Assembly: GCA_905178155.1 (NCBI GenBank)
Contig: CAJINV010000007.1
Span: 2,647,151-2,711,150, forward strand
Reading direction: 5' to 3'
Length of the DNA stretch: 64,000 bases
From: Amoebophrya sp. A120
Taxonomy: Eukaryota > Protista > Dinoflagellata
Under the pieces are notes generated by a model. The model saw only the letters and a list, made by a program, of their open reading frames with translations, was not told where the DNA came from and made no database searches. This document shows positions 25,419-38,175 of this stretch, in pieces. Position numbers and translations under genes: made by a program. Position 1 is the stretch's first letter. Every line of letters begins with the position of its first letter.

Positions 25419-26192
25419 TTTGCCTGTAGCGTTGCTGCGTCGTTACATTAGTAGTACGCACTCAGGATATTTTCACAATTTTCAACAAGTCGCAAATGTT
25501 CAATCAACGTCCACGACAGCTTCCGGTCATTTTATACTTTTAGAAGTTGGTGCGAATACTATACAACACACGAAATGATAAACGAGCGTAGGCACGAAGG
25601 GGTCGAAAAAAGCGAGGATGAGGAAACGATAACGAAAGCGATCTCGTAGTAGAGAACTAAAAGCGAAAATCCGAATGCGATGGGTGAAGCAAATACGATG
25701 AAGATGACGACTGCCCCAGATGCCTAAACGATAGATGGGAGCCACCCCCGACAAACTAGGAACTCCGATGGATGCAGGAACAAACGATATTTCAAGAACC
25801 TCTCCTCACTCACAGCGCATCCTTCGCGGTCCAGGATGAACGCACAAGATTTCAGTCAACTTCTCTGCGCGAACGAACAAGCAATCGATGTCTGCGTGGG
25901 CGTGAAACGGCACTATTGCGAGGTGGCCTCGACCCGTCTAGACTTTTTCTTTGTCAGTGATCATGGTCTAATCTTCCATTACTAGACGAAACGGACGAAA
26001 GCCACGAGAAGTTACAGAGTTCATCTACAGGTTCTCGGAACATTCACGTACACAAACGCGACTACATAATTCATTGCCATTTACTATGAAACTACAGCCG
26101 AATTTTTTGTATTTGTTCCGTGCATCTTACAAACATTCATAAACTAACATTGAACATGTTTTTTATCTATCATCGGTCGTTGCATCGCAGCA

Positions 26193-29100
26193 CTAGTCCG
26201 ATCCATTGTTCTCCTCGGAAGATGATCCCCCTGTGGCGGAACTCCCCTTTCCCGGCGATTCATCCGCAAAAATCTTCGTGTTCCCAAACAAAGCGTAGTC
26301 GCTCGTCAACGAAGAAAACAGTCGCCCTGACGCAAAATCGTCCACCGTGTCCAAAACCCGCTCCCGCCACGCGGACCAAGATTCCGATTCGTCGTCAGCA
26401 GGAGCGGAATGCTCCTGCTTTTTTTGTTCTGGATTTAGCGTCCCGTTCCTTCTCGCCCCGGTACCTTCTTCGACTACATGCCCTCGAACGACAGGCAGAA
26501 AAGCAGTGGAGCTCGACTGCGCCAGTGAGCTTCCTGGAGTGAAGGCAGTAGAATTCGATCCTGCTGGCGGGTCCGCATCACCATTACCTCTTAGACTCCG
26601 CGTCCTCGTCGGCAATTCTATCTGCCTCCTCGGAGGCGCAAATCGCGCAAATGCTGGTGGTTCCAGGTCGTCCTCATGAGAAGAAGAATTCGACTGGTCA
26701 TTCGACAACAGGTCTAAATCACGCTGCAGGTTCTTAATGTCGGTCTCTAGTCTTTTTCCATTCAGAAACTCGGCGGTTTTTCCATGTCGCTGGAGTAAAT
26801 CTTGCGTGAAGAGGAAGTGGTGAGTTGAATCATTTTTCACATCGGTCTTCGTCACTTCTGCCGCATTGGTCGACGTGTGCGCTTGTGCAGAGAATTGCTC
26901 TTCGAGGAGGTGTTGTTCCTTCATCTCTTTCTCGAGGTCGATTGCGTGCCTAGTCGTACCGCTTTCATTTCCGTAGTAGGCGAAAACATTGCTCGGCTGC
27001 TGGGATTGTTCAGGAGCTCCTGGAGGTAGCGCCGGCGGTGCAGAAAATTCGTTTTGGTTGGATTCATCTTGTGCTACTGGTTCTAACTCTTCATTCTCTT
27101 CGAGCTCCTCCTCCTCTTCACCTCCGTAGCTGTCGTTTTGTTCTTCGGTTGCATCGTTGTACCCTGCGATTTGCACGTCGCGCTGCAATACCTCCTGTTT
27201 CTCCACTTCATCTCCGGATGAAACGCTCTCTGGGTACCCGCTGCTATCGTCTTCGTATTCAATTTCCTCTTCAGCCATGAGAGTATCGCCCTCCTCCACC
27301 TCAAGTTGAGCAGCAGCTTGAGCTTCCTCCTCTTCAGGGGCATTTACGACGTCCCCTGTGGCTGCAACACGCTCAGCATAAACTCCATCAGTAGCAACTT
27401 GAGCACGCTTCTGCTGCTCGGCGGGGCTCGACGTGTCGATCACCGCAGCAGCCGCAACGATTTCATGCTCCTCCTCGTCTCCATGAACAACCGGCGAGCC
27501 GCCAAGCCTGCTGCTACTTTTCTCATCCTCATCCCCTTCGAATCGATCCTCGGCCTCAGACAAATCTTCTGCTTCATCATTCGCTGCGCCAGGCTCATCA
27601 ACAAGGAAGTTTACCTTCCTATTCCTTTCGGAAGGGGAAGCAGACCTCACCACCACATCAGCGATTTTCGAAAACAGCGGGCTTCTATTCCCAACAACCT
27701 TTGAGGAGAGCGATCCCTTACTGCTGCTACTTGGCGAGCCTGCGAACACTTCGCCCTCGTCCTGATCATCTTGTTGGTCGATGAAATACTCGTCTTCGGC
27801 CTCCTGGTCTTGGTCGCCGAATTCGTCACCTGCTAAATTATCTTCCTCGAACAAATCCTCCGCATCTTCGATTTCGTCATTTTCGCCCTCACTTTTTCTC
27901 ACCCCGGCTTCACTTGACAACGGCTCCGGCGTGTCGGGGAACTCATCCTGCTCGAAGTTGATATCCTCTTCAACATCGTCTTGTTCACTACTGCTTCCGC
28001 TTGCGCCGACGACGTAGTCCGGGGAAAGTTGGTTCTCTTCTTGATGAGGTCCTGGCTGTGCATTTTGGAGTTCCTGTACTTCTGCTTCAGAATCCTCTCC
28101 CGCATCGTCCTCTACACCTACTAATTCTGCCTCGGAGTCGAATTCTTCTTCGACGTCTGCTGTTCTTTCTGCCGCTCGCTGTAGTTCGTCGTACCCGGAT
28201 GTTGAAGATGCGGAAAAATCGTCCTCTGCATAGTTTTCCGACTCCTTTATTCGCCTCTTGTAATGTTTCCCGGAAGCAATGTCTAGCGCTTTCATCCTAT
28301 TTCTGATCGCCTCGGCGGTCGTATGGCCACTGGCTCCAAAATTTTGTCCCCCAGAAGCAGCAGAATACGCAACACTGTTGTCCCGCAATTCCGCTAACGT
28401 TCCGTCAATCTGTTTCTTCAAAACCGCTTTCCTCGCGATCAAAGCACTCGCCGCATTCAGCTTCGCTTTCTCCATCGCAAGTCTCTCCGCTTCGAAAACC
28501 TTCTCTTTCTGCTTCTGAATCAAGTCCGCTTTTTCGTGTTGCTGCTCCAGCTCCTGCTGCAATTTCAGCATCGAGTCCTGCAACTTCTCCAGTCGCTGCT
28601 TCCGCTGCTCCTGCTCCATCACTTGCTTCACCGCCGTGGCGGTTTTTTCCGCCACGAACTCCGCGTGTTCCTGAATCACGGCCTGTTTGTACGATTCGGT
28701 CAGGGTCGGTTTTTCTTCAAAATCGTCACCCTCGTCTTGTTGTTTCTGTCTCCCCTTGCTACCCGCCCCACCAGTCCTTTCCGCGAACCTATCGCCGAGC
28801 CGCTCCAGAGATTGGATGATGGCAAGGGTTTTGTCCTGCGCCGAGATTGATTTTTGATCTGCAGCTTGTTTGGTCTTCGCCTGGGTTATCGCACGCGTTC
28901 CGCCCCTGTAGTTCGTCTTCGTCCGGGCTAGCAGCTTCTCCGCATTTTCGATTTCCAGAAGCTCAGTGTAGTACTTCTGAAAGTCTTCACGTTTTGAAGT
29001 CGAAAACTTTTTTGACAAATTCTCCTCCGCCTCTTTCAACCGTCCCGCAAGTCCGTCTTCCCGCAAGTCTTTGACCCGGGAGAGGATGCTTTCGAATTCG

Positions 29101-30731
29101 GTTCTTGCTCCGCTTGCATCTTCATTTCCATTTGGGCCTCCTGAGCCTGTTTGTTGATTCTGGTACAAAAAATTACTCTGTTGCAGATAGTTTCGCTGAA
29201 GCGCATTCAACGCCGAGGTTGGCAGCCTGGTCGTGCTCGTGTTTCTCGAATTCAGTGCGTAGCTTTTCGGCGCCCAGCGGTTTATCAAATCCGCCACCGC
29301 TTCGTCTTCTTCATCTCCTCCTGGATTCGTCGCGGCCCGCCACATTTCCGGGTGGAAGAGGGGCGACGTTGGGTTGTTCACAGTCCGGTCATCAATTGTG
29401 GTATCGTACTTTTCGTCCAAATTAGGAACGCCGAGGCTGCTCTCTTCCAAATGCTCCGAGGAGAATAGTAAACGAAACCGCCGGTCATTCACTTCCGCGG
29501 GGTCGTTTTTTAGCAGGTTGTTTACACGACCACCACCGGTGCTCCTGACAGAAAACTTCAGCTGGTCCTTCGCCTCCGCGAGCTCCCTGCGCATCGCAAT
29601 TTTCCATCCCTCGCGGTTAAAGTGGTCCCGGTCCTGGTCCAGGGCCTGCTGCATTTCAAAAGCCGTCTGCTGATCCACATGGCGACGATCGTTTATTGTC
29701 TTCATGCGGGTAGTTGTAGTTCGCCGGTCGTCATTGTACAATTCGTCGTGCAACACAACACCACCCGCACCTCCACGCTCATCTTCCTGGTCCAAAACCC
29801 CCCACTCCAGCGCTCTCGTTTTCACCAGATTCCGGCTCGCCGAATTGATCTGCTTCAACAGTAGCTCCGTTGGCGCGCCGTGCTCTCCGGTGGCGAGCTC
29901 GGTGAGGGATTTTTTCAAGTGCCGCTGCTGGAAATCTCCTGGCAGCTGGGCAGAAGCTCCTTCCCCTCCAGCTGCTGTTCCTCCAAAAATGTTGCCAAAC
30001 TTTGGCCCCACTACCATGTTCAACCGCGCCCGCTCCTGCTCCACAATCCCCGGCGGTAAAACACCCGGCGGCCGCAGGAGAAACAGCGTCAACGGGCGTT
30101 GGTGCAGGATCAGTTCCCAGTCGAACACCGTTTTCAAAGAATCCGCAGAAACTCTATCCCGATTCGTTTCCACGGAAATCAGCAGATCGCCGATCGCGAG
30201 GTGGTCGTACGCCCACCAACCCTTCTCGATGGTCACAACTTCGAGGTACAGAGGGCCTCCAGCTGCCTGGGCGCGGTGACGGCCTTTATTCGCCAATGTA
30301 CTGGTACCGGGCGCGCTGCGCTTTTGCACGGAGAACCCCAGTGGGGGTAGAACGTTTTCATTCACGTGGAGAAGCAAATCCTCGTAGTCGGAGAGTGGAG
30401 GGGGTTCTTTTGCCCGGACGTACTTGCCGTTGGCGTTGCCCTCCGTTGCTACCGCATCATCCTCGTAGGCGTAGTACCCGTCTCCCTCCCCGTCCTCTCC
30501 CTCGATCTCGGCACCAACATCTTCCCCTTCCTGCCCAGCATAGTCGTAATCTTCTTCGCGCCCAGCGTCAAAAAACGAAACCGGACCTGGGCCTACATCC
30601 TCCGTTGTTCCGTTTTGGTAATTGTCCTTCGGTGTCTGGTCGGTCAACAGAATTCCTCTCTTCACCTGCAACTCCGGGTCCCCGTCTTGTATTCGGCGGA
30701 GCAACACTTTCGACAACGGAGACTCGAACAT
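26193..30731 (-). CDS. Large acidic/coiled-coil protein with an N-terminal PDZ-like domain; may have upstream exons
   Basis: 1512-aa ORF. PLGFSV...EVVTIEKGWWAYDHLAIGDLLISV...RPLTLFLLR (~30075-30350) fits a PDZ pattern. There is a central Q/E/K heptad-rich region and a D/E-rich tail. Confidence 0.7.
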   Translation of the reverse strand: MFESPLSKVLLRRIQDGDPELQVKRGILLTDQTPKDNYQNGTTEDVGPGPVSFFDAGREEDYDYAGQEGEDVGAEIEGEDGEGDGYYAYEDDAVATEGNANGKYVRAKEPPPLSDYEDLLLHVNENVLPPLGFSVQKRSAPGTSTLANKGRHRAQAAGGPLYLEVVTIEKGWWAYDHLAIGDLLISVETNRDRVSADSLKTVFDWELILHQRPLTLFLLRPPGVLPPGIVEQERARLNMVVGPKFGNIFGGTAAGGEGASAQLPGDFQQRHLKKSLTELATGEHGAPTELLLKQINSASRNLVKTRALEWGVLDQEDERGGAGGVVLHDELYNDDRRTTTTRMKTINDRRHVDQQTAFEMQQALDQDRDHFNREGWKIAMRRELAEAKDQLKFSVRSTGGGRVNNLLKNDPAEVNDRRFRLLFSSEHLEESSLGVPNLDEKYDTTIDDRTVNNPTSPLFHPEMWRAATNPGGDEEDEAVADLINRWAPKSYALNSRNTSTTRLPTSALNALQRNYLQQSNFLYQNQQTGSGGPNGNEDASGARTEFESILSRVKDLREDGLAGRLKEAEENLSKKFSTSKREDFQKYYTELLEIENAEKLLARTKTNYRGGTRAITQAKTKQAADQKSISAQDKTLAIIQSLERLGDRFAERTGGAGSKGRQKQQDEGDDFEEKPTLTESYKQAVIQEHAEFVAEKTATAVKQVMEQEQRKQRLEKLQDSMLKLQQELEQQHEKADLIQKQKEKVFEAERLAMEKAKLNAASALIARKAVLKKQIDGTLAELRDNSVAYSAASGGQNFGASGHTTAEAIRNRMKALDIASGKHYKRRIKESENYAEDDFSASSTSGYDELQRAAERTADVEEEFDSEAELVGVEDDAGEDSEAEVQELQNAQPGPHQEENQLSPDYVVGASGSSSEQDDVEEDINFEQDEFPDTPEPLSSEAGVRKSEGENDEIEDAEDLFEEDNLAGDEFGDQDQEAEDEYFIDQQDDQDEGEVFAGSPSSSSKGSLSSKVVGNRSPLFSKIADVVVRSASPSERNRKVNFLVDEPGAANDEAEDLSEAEDRFEGDEDEKSSSRLGGSPVVHGDEEEHEIVAAAAVIDTSSPAEQQKRAQVATDGVYAERVAATGDVVNAPEEEEAQAAAQLEVEEGDTLMAEEEIEYEDDSSGYPESVSSGDEVEKQEVLQRDVQIAGYNDATEEQNDSYGGEEEEELEENEELEPVAQDESNQNEFSAPPALPPGAPEQSQQPSNVFAYYGNESGTTRHAIDLEKEMKEQHLLEEQFSAQAHTSTNAAEVTKTDVKNDSTHHFLFTQDLLQRHGKTAEFLNGKRLETDIKNLQRDLDLLSNDQSNSSSHEDDLEPPAFARFAPPRRQIELPTRTRSLRGNGDADPPAGSNSTAFTPGSSLAQSSSTAFLPVVRGHVVEEGTGARRNGTLNPEQKKQEHSAPADDESESWSAWRERVLDTVDDFASGRLFSSLTSDYALFGNTKIFADESPGKGSSATGGSSSEENNGSD

Positions 30732-32966
30732 CTTGATTGTTCTTCATCTGTTAAAATGGTTTCATTTTGATTTTTCTCAGCAGCTTCGTGGTCCACGCAA
30801 AAAGCTCTTTCAATTTCATCATCGATCACATTGGTTTTTGTATCAGCGGACAGCTCGTACCCAAAACAAACATGATGATCTTTCATCATGTTGCTTGTCG
30901 TTTGTCTCTCACATACATGATACTGTAGCCACTCAGACGGAATTTTATATGTGTTCGTCTGAATGATACCGCTCAAAACGTTCGCTGCTACCGAGGGCAG
31001 TTACAGTTTTGATGTTCCAATAAACGGTATTACTCCACAACTATCGGTCCACTCAAAGTCTTCAGAGTGAAAATCCACGAACCTCTGAAGCTGATCTTGA
31101 ACAGCCAACACCGCGATCATAGTAAAGGCGAGCAGCGCTCACACGAACCCGCAAGGGCAAGGCGGCTGCAGATTTGAAGTTGTGCATACTTCCATCACGC
31201 AGGGTAGCAGAGCATCGAAGTTTTATTTTTGCGAGTCAAGATAACCCATGACCTTTTATTCAGGTAAGCCTTTCTGTTTTTTGCCGCTTGCAATGCAAAG
31301 GAACAACATAATGTACAAACACAAGGAGACAGATGGATACAATACGAATGCTCGTATTTCTAAAAAAGTAGAGGTCGTTGACTCACTCACGACCTGCATT
31401 TAATTCCTACCGATACAGCAACCACGAAAAGCGGCACTGTGCGATAGAAGTGCAAAGCGTTTCCAACAAACCAAAGGGTAATCCTAATCGATAAAAACAT
31501 TTATAAGTATTACAACAGTTACTAGGTAGTGAGCGTAAAACATCAGTCTTTTTGTTTTTCTTTTTGTTTAATTGCAAAATAACAGTCAAAATGATCCAAA
31601 CAAGCAAAGCATTCAGTCCAAAGGACCATAAGTTTTCGTCGCGAGTACTAATAGACACTGGTAGAACTTGATGTTTCAGTCGCGTCGGTTCGCTTGTTTG
31701 CTGTGCGCTCTCTTGTATGCATTCTTGAAAACTGCCGACGCTTTTTTGATGGAAAAAAAACCAAGATGAAAGTAGTTGCAGGTAAGTCGTTGCGCTACAT
31801 CATCCATGTCGCCAGTGGGTCGCATTATTCATGAAAAGTGGAAGTATCATAATGAGAGAGTGCAAAAAAGTGGACAGAAAATCCGTCATTTTACTCAATG
31901 AGAAGAGACCTTACACCGAAGGTCAGACGGGAGCGATTCTGACTTGTTCTGCTACCACTACGAAACCCCTAAATAGATTGATACTTCCAGCACGCGCCAA
32001 AACTCTGCGAAACTACATAGCACCTACTTTATTGTATGAAAAACCACGAGAGATTGACATTGTGCAGTAGCGTCTTCCTCGCAACGGTTGATATTTGCAA
32101 CACTTGCATTTTTCGTTTTTCACCGTCAGTGTGAAGGAGACCGCTACTGAAGCCAAATCGTCATTTCTCTACCCGACGTAATTAGTGGTTGTGGTCCGGC
32201 GAACCAACGACAAGAACTGCCTCCTTCAAATAAAAATTCTTTCTCCAACCACTACATCGATAGCCTCCGGCTTGTGAACTTCTAAGTACTAACTTGACAA
32301 ACACAAAGCAAAAGTATGCGGAAGATGAGAGAGAGCATACAGCAAGCAACGCAGTGAAGGCTCTTCTGGTCCTCAGCATGTCACTTGACGGCTAGCTGGA
32401 GGCCGATGTGGGAAGCGCGATCGGTGTTTTAGGTCTATATAACTTTTATGGTAAGGGCAAGAGGCTGCAAATCGTTTGGTACTCATGGGGGTTTCTAGGA
32501 AAAGTATATTGTACATGCTGCCGACGTGACATTATTACAACTTTCGTCCTTCTTATGACTGCTGCTGGACGAGCATATCTTTAGGTTATTGAGGTTGATG
32601 TACTAACACTGAAGCTTCTATATTCTCGAATATGGCCGTCAAGACCCTTGGTCACAAATTCATCCGAGTCCTTAATTAGTTCTTGAGAAGGTTATTTTCA
32701 GTTCATTTTTATGCATGGTCACAAAAGCCTGTGACAGAACAACCTCGATCGTCATTTTTTGAATACCGCCTCTATTCATTGGATTTTTTGTTGCCTAGTA
32801 CATCAAGGTGTGGCAGTAGTTTAACTAGCATATAATCCTGCCCGTTTTTTATCTAGCAGAAAGCCAAGATGCGCACCAAATCCACGCCGCGCCAAGTCTT
32901 CGTTCTGTCTGATGCTCGAGCGCCGTGGTCTTCTACGTCCCTCCTCTCGACCGGGCCCACAAATGA

Positions 32967-35900
32967 TCACCATGTTGGGCGTATTAATTTACTTTGCTTG
33001 GCATTTGTTTTCTGCGCCGTCATCCCTTCGTACACTTCCAAAACCGACTCCGCCACGGCCGATTTCAAAGACCTCAACCGTTCCACTGCCGCCTCCAGTA
33101 ATTCCTCGCCTTGCGCACGAAATTTCCAGGTCGCGGGCATCTCCTCGTGCACAAGGTTATGCAGTAGCGTCAAAGCCAGCGCGGCGCGAGAAATCAGAGG
33201 CGCACTAGAGCTTTGAGATGTTGGTCCTTCGCGTTTATTCGCGCTCCTACTTCTACCGTGACGTTTTGAGCGAGATGTTTCCACCGCAGCCACGTCCACT
33301 CGCACCGCTAACCGTGCGAGAGTATCCAGTGCCTGGAGCCGCGTCTTTGCAAACTTTTGCAGCTCGTATAAGTGGAAGTACAGCACCTCAACGTCGCTAG
33401 TTGTGCCGGGAATTGAGCTGCACATGTGCTCGACGTACTGCAAACGCTGTTCGCGTTTGAGCTCCGCAGTTACAGGATTTTTCATCTGGACGCTCGGCGT
33501 CGTCCCGCCTCTGTCACGAAGTTGTACTAGATCTAGACCCGCCCGATAATGAGCATCCAGGTTCACCGCGCCCGCACTGCGGGAGAGCCGCAGTACTTCT
33601 ACACCAGTAGAGGAAGCTGAGTCTACATCTACTTCGCTGAGTTGTACTAGAGGTGGCTCTTGCGAACTACATTTTTCCATCACAGAGTTCAGCGACGGAG
33701 CAGCTTTGCGAAGATCATGTGGACGTGTTTCCGCCGAAGACGATGCGCCTCTCCTTTTGTGATGTCTCGAACTGCTACTGCCTCTCCTGTGGCCGCGAGC
33801 AAGTGGAGGCGGCGACGCGCTGTCGGGGGAACTGAGACGGCCAGATAAGGTTCCGACTTTCCGCGTGATGTAGGCCATATCCTCTTTCGATAACTATCAA
33901 ATGTAAAAATGTCTGGGTCTGGAAGAGTCATGCTGTTTTTGCATGACGCAGAAGGTCTGGCATGGAAGCTCCAGCATCACAGGTTTCGCGAAGGTTCCGC
34001 AATGCCGAATCCGCATGACAAATCCCCCACTTTGGTGACAGAAAGTGAGCAGCTTTTGCTACCTATGCATGAGAGATTTTCCTGTGTTCTGAAGTACGCA
34101 TGACAAGTTTGCATTCTTCCAGACCCAGACATATTTGCAATCCATAATAACGCCGGCGCTGCAATTTTGTTCATCAAAACCTGTCTTCTCTTCTCGTGTT
34201 CAATTTTAATTTCGTTATTTGTTGGTGATCGCAGGTGTGCAGATTTTCTCATACTAGCGGAAAATCCTTCGTCAAGCGCCTGGGATGTCGGCACTTGTGT
34301 GAGGAGTTGGACATCGTCATCAGAGGATGAAGACGACACCTCCCCGTTAGTCAGCTCACGAAGGGTCATGCGGGCGGGGCCTGCAGGTTTTTTATTTTGC
34401 GGACTCAGCACCTCTTCGCGAATAGTACTGATCCGCCGCCGCCGCGGGGAACAAACGGCTGCGCGCCGTGGAGAAGTAGTACCTCGTGGCTTGCTCCTGG
34501 TCCTGCTTGCTGTGGTCTCTAGTACTTTTGATTCATGCTCTTGCACAATACCGGCGGATTTCCGGCTCCTCGTGCTCACTTCATCTTGATGATGGTCCTT
34601 CCTACTGCCATAGGAAAAAGGTTTTTCCTTTTCTCGTTGGAGGAGTGGTTTGCGACTCGGATCCTGGTCTTGAATTTGCCTCGCAACGCCTATGATAACA
34701 GGTTCTGCGTCCTTCTGGTCATGATCCTCCCGTGGTCCTCGCGATAGCACAGAAAGAGGCGCTTGTTTCGCACCTCGCAGAATTTCTTTTCCGTCATGAA
34801 GAAGCGACTCAGCAGGAGCTGTCGGATGCGTTTCGCCGTTGTCTTCCTTGGAGGAAGACAAGGATGCCATATTACCGATGTCATTCTTATCGTTACGCCC
34901 CGGCGCCTCCGCGCCGACTCCGACAGCAGTTGTCCTACTAGCGGAGGCAGCTCCTTTCGTATCTACTTTTTTAGTGCCTTTGCAGCTCGTCGAAACCGTC
35001 CAGCAACTACTTTTCAAACTTTCCTCCAACAGTGCGTTAAATCGGGTCTGCTCGTCTGCATCATGACCTGCATCTTCCGCCACGGCTGGCGGCGCCCGGT
35101 GCAAATCTTTGAACACGGACTCACAGCCGCCTTCTCCGCCGTGCTCTCCTTCCGGCACCACCGGCTCGTCGTTTTCCAGTACAGGGCCGACCACGCTTGG
35201 ACTCCCGCCAGCGGAGCTAGGGGACGCGGACGGGACTCGCGTGGACTGCGGCGACACCTCGGGAAAATTCAGATAGCTTTTCATCTCAGCATCTTCCTCG
35301 GGAGATTCCGGCGAAGAGCCAGCGTCTGCTGCAGGAAACAAGGAGCTACTTCTACAACAAGCTGGTGCCGTTGTATTCACCCGCAGGTCCGTCGGGGGCC
35401 GCGCCTTATTTCTACCACTGGCAGGGCGGGGTGGTTTGTAGTAAGGACGAGACAGAGGGCCGTGGTCGAGCTCTTCTTTAGCGGGTGCTTTATTTGTCGC
35501 TTCTTCATGATGAAACCTGACAGGCTCCCGCCCAGAAGACTCCTGTGAATCAAACTCGCAGTGGTCCAGCTGCAGATCGCCGAACATGGCAACGAGCTCT
35601 GCGTTCGCGACCTGCGATTTTGTGTCATCGTCATCAAGCAAAACAACCGCCTCGCTTTCCGGTACTTGTTCGGGGCTAGGCTGCGGGTCATGATCATGGT
35701 CGTCAACCGGCAGGAGCTCTGTGCTGCTGCCTCCGTCCGTCGACGACTTTAATATGCCGCTTGTTCTTTCTACCAATTCTTCCCGCTCTTGCGCCGTCGA
35801 ACCAAGAGCGTTTATGGACGACAATGCGGTGATTTTAGTGACCTCTGGATCGGTATCTTTATCTATATCTTCTTCTTCATCATTGTCCGCGTCTAGATCC

Positions 35901-37126
35901 GAGGAGAACGAGTAAAATGGCCACGCCCCCCGCCCACCTGCAGCCTCTTCTGCCCACGGCGGACTCCCCGCACTCGTGCTCGCCGCAGTAGATGCGTGCG
36001 AGGCCCTGCGGTCTCTTTTCTCGCTGATTCGGTTGAATTCCATTTCAGTGAACCCATCCGCAAGATGAAGGTCACGTAATAAATCTACAGAATCTGCTAC
36101 GTCCGTACCCATCGTGGCCTTTGTGTTGCTCTCGGCCCCTTCGATGCGCTCCTTGTCTTGCGTCGTTGAAATTATTTTTATTTCGCTCGTAGTTTCCCTT
36201 TCCGGTACCTTGATACTTTCGCCTAATGTAGATGGGCCTGCGCCCGCTCCTTCAGCTGCAATTTCAGGTTTTTCAGCGTACAGATGGTCCCGCACATGAA
36301 GATCACCATTTTTCCGTGCCTCCGGAGTGCCAGCGGCAACTTCCGCTTCTGAAATCGTCGCATTTGCGCCGGCGCCATGTAATTGGACATTAGCAGCCGC
36401 AGTTCGATTTGCCGCTGCGGCTGCGAAGAATTTAGCACAGTCGGGTGGGACGACCGGATGTCGCGGATATTGCCGCGGATGTAGTTCTTCCCTCTGAATA
36501 TTATGGTCGCGCTGGTGCGGTTGCTGCTCCCGTCCCCCCCTCCTGCTGCCGTGCGAATTTGACTTTGATTTCGCTGGACTATTTGATGATTTGCGAAGAT
36601 GTCTACTCACGTGCTTGTGGTAATGCACACCCCGTCCAGCACGGTGCTCGGAGCTGAGCTCGGGCGGCGGAGCCCCGGGACGCGCACCCGCATAGGGGTC
36701 GGGAGTGGAGCAAACCTGCCTGTAGTATCGTGTTAGGTCATACTCTACTCCCTCACCATGAAAAGTTGGCCGCGGAGACGAAAAATCGCTTCCCGGCTGA
36801 AGATGACCGCGCTCCCCTCCACCGAGAAGAATCGCACTGATCTCCGCCGTGGCTTCGAGTTCCGTAGCTTCTACCGGCCGCTGTTGCTGCGAGGTAGACT
36901 TTGGCGTTCGTGCCGGGACGGGAAAAGGAAAATCTGCATACTTTATTCCTTCCTCTTCCTGCTGCTCGCGGTGTTGCTCTTGTCGAGATGATGCCAGCAA
37001 CAGTCCGCCTGCACCATTCTTTCGGCCAAATCCCGCACCCTCGGCGCTCTGGGGTAGCACGGAAAGTTGAGTCAGAGCGAAGTTGCATGAGGTCAGAAGG
37101 AGAGAGGAAAAGGAGAGCTTCGTCAT
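32967..37126 (-). CDS. Large low-complexity protein with an N-terminal signal peptide, two exons
   Basis: Starts MTKLSFSSLLLTSCNFALTQLSVLPQSAEG. ORF 33977-37126 joins ORF 32967-33878 in frame (APAL|SKEDMAYIT) after introner removal. Confidence 0.7.
33895..34146. mobile_element. Family-1 introner (252 bp), direct repeat ATAAC
   Basis: TATCAAATGTAAAAATGTCTGGGTCTGGAAGA...TCTTCCAGACCCAGACATATTTGCAATCCATA, with ATAAC at 33890-33894 and 34147-34151. Confidence 0.92.
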
Positions 37127-38175
37127 GATTTACTTTTAATTTACTGTGGCAAACACCAAATATTTCGTACGCTCTTTCGATGTGTGGAAATAGTTTTGGG
37201 AAAGGTCTTCTATCTTCGAGATCGAGATAACTAAACTATTTGGAAATAAATATATCGTACATCAAAACCTAGATCGATATTGTTCTTGATCAGACACTTC
37301 TTCTTCTATCCTATTTTTTAATGCGAATTTTTCCGGATCGAGTCCTTGTCCTTCAGCACAACTTGATCTGCAAAATTAAAACTCAGGCGGAAATGCAAGC
37401 AAAACTCCTTCTGGCACAATGGACTTTCAGTTTCTTTTGGACCCTGCGTTTTATTCTGATGTCCGGTGTGGTCTTCGCATTCATCATACTCAGATCGGAA
37501 AAGATAAAGAAGGAGAGCCATAATTGATGTTGAAAAGTACTGACGCTAGTCTTCGTGATTTTTTCATAGCTGGGGAACAGAAGATGCGCCAGGAACTCTA
37601 GAAAAACTAGCTTATTTTCCTTTTACTTTTTCTTCGAATCTTTCGGCTAACTATGGTTGATGTGGTTTTTCTTTTCATATTTCATCTTTTTCTTTACCAT
37701 TTTTAACAGCGTCCTCAAGGCCAAGAATGCTTGTCCACTTGAGTTCGATGGGAATCTTTCTATCCGAAAGCAAAGCCTCATCAACGGCGGCCACGAAACT
37801 TTTTTTTGGTTTTTCATCCTTTTAAAGTTTGATTTGATTTTCAGAGCGCGTGCGCATACTGCTCCATCAACATTGCAGTACGTCGTCTCGGCTCTCTATC
37901 TTTTTTGCAGGTCTGTGTTTTTCGATTACATCCAACATTCGTTCTGATTCTACGTTTTTCTTTTCGATCGAGAGGTCAGTTGGAAAATAAATGCGCGTCT
38001 TCACTCGCGGCCGCAGACGCAGCTAACATGGATTCTCCATTTTTGTGCCGCGCTGCACTGTATATCACTTTGTCAAAAAAGCTCAGTAGTCATGAGAAGT
38101 TCGCGAATACCAAAACGCACGATGATTTTTTCGCCCGCCGAAAGAACTGAAAAAGACGACAAAGTAGCTTCGCCC

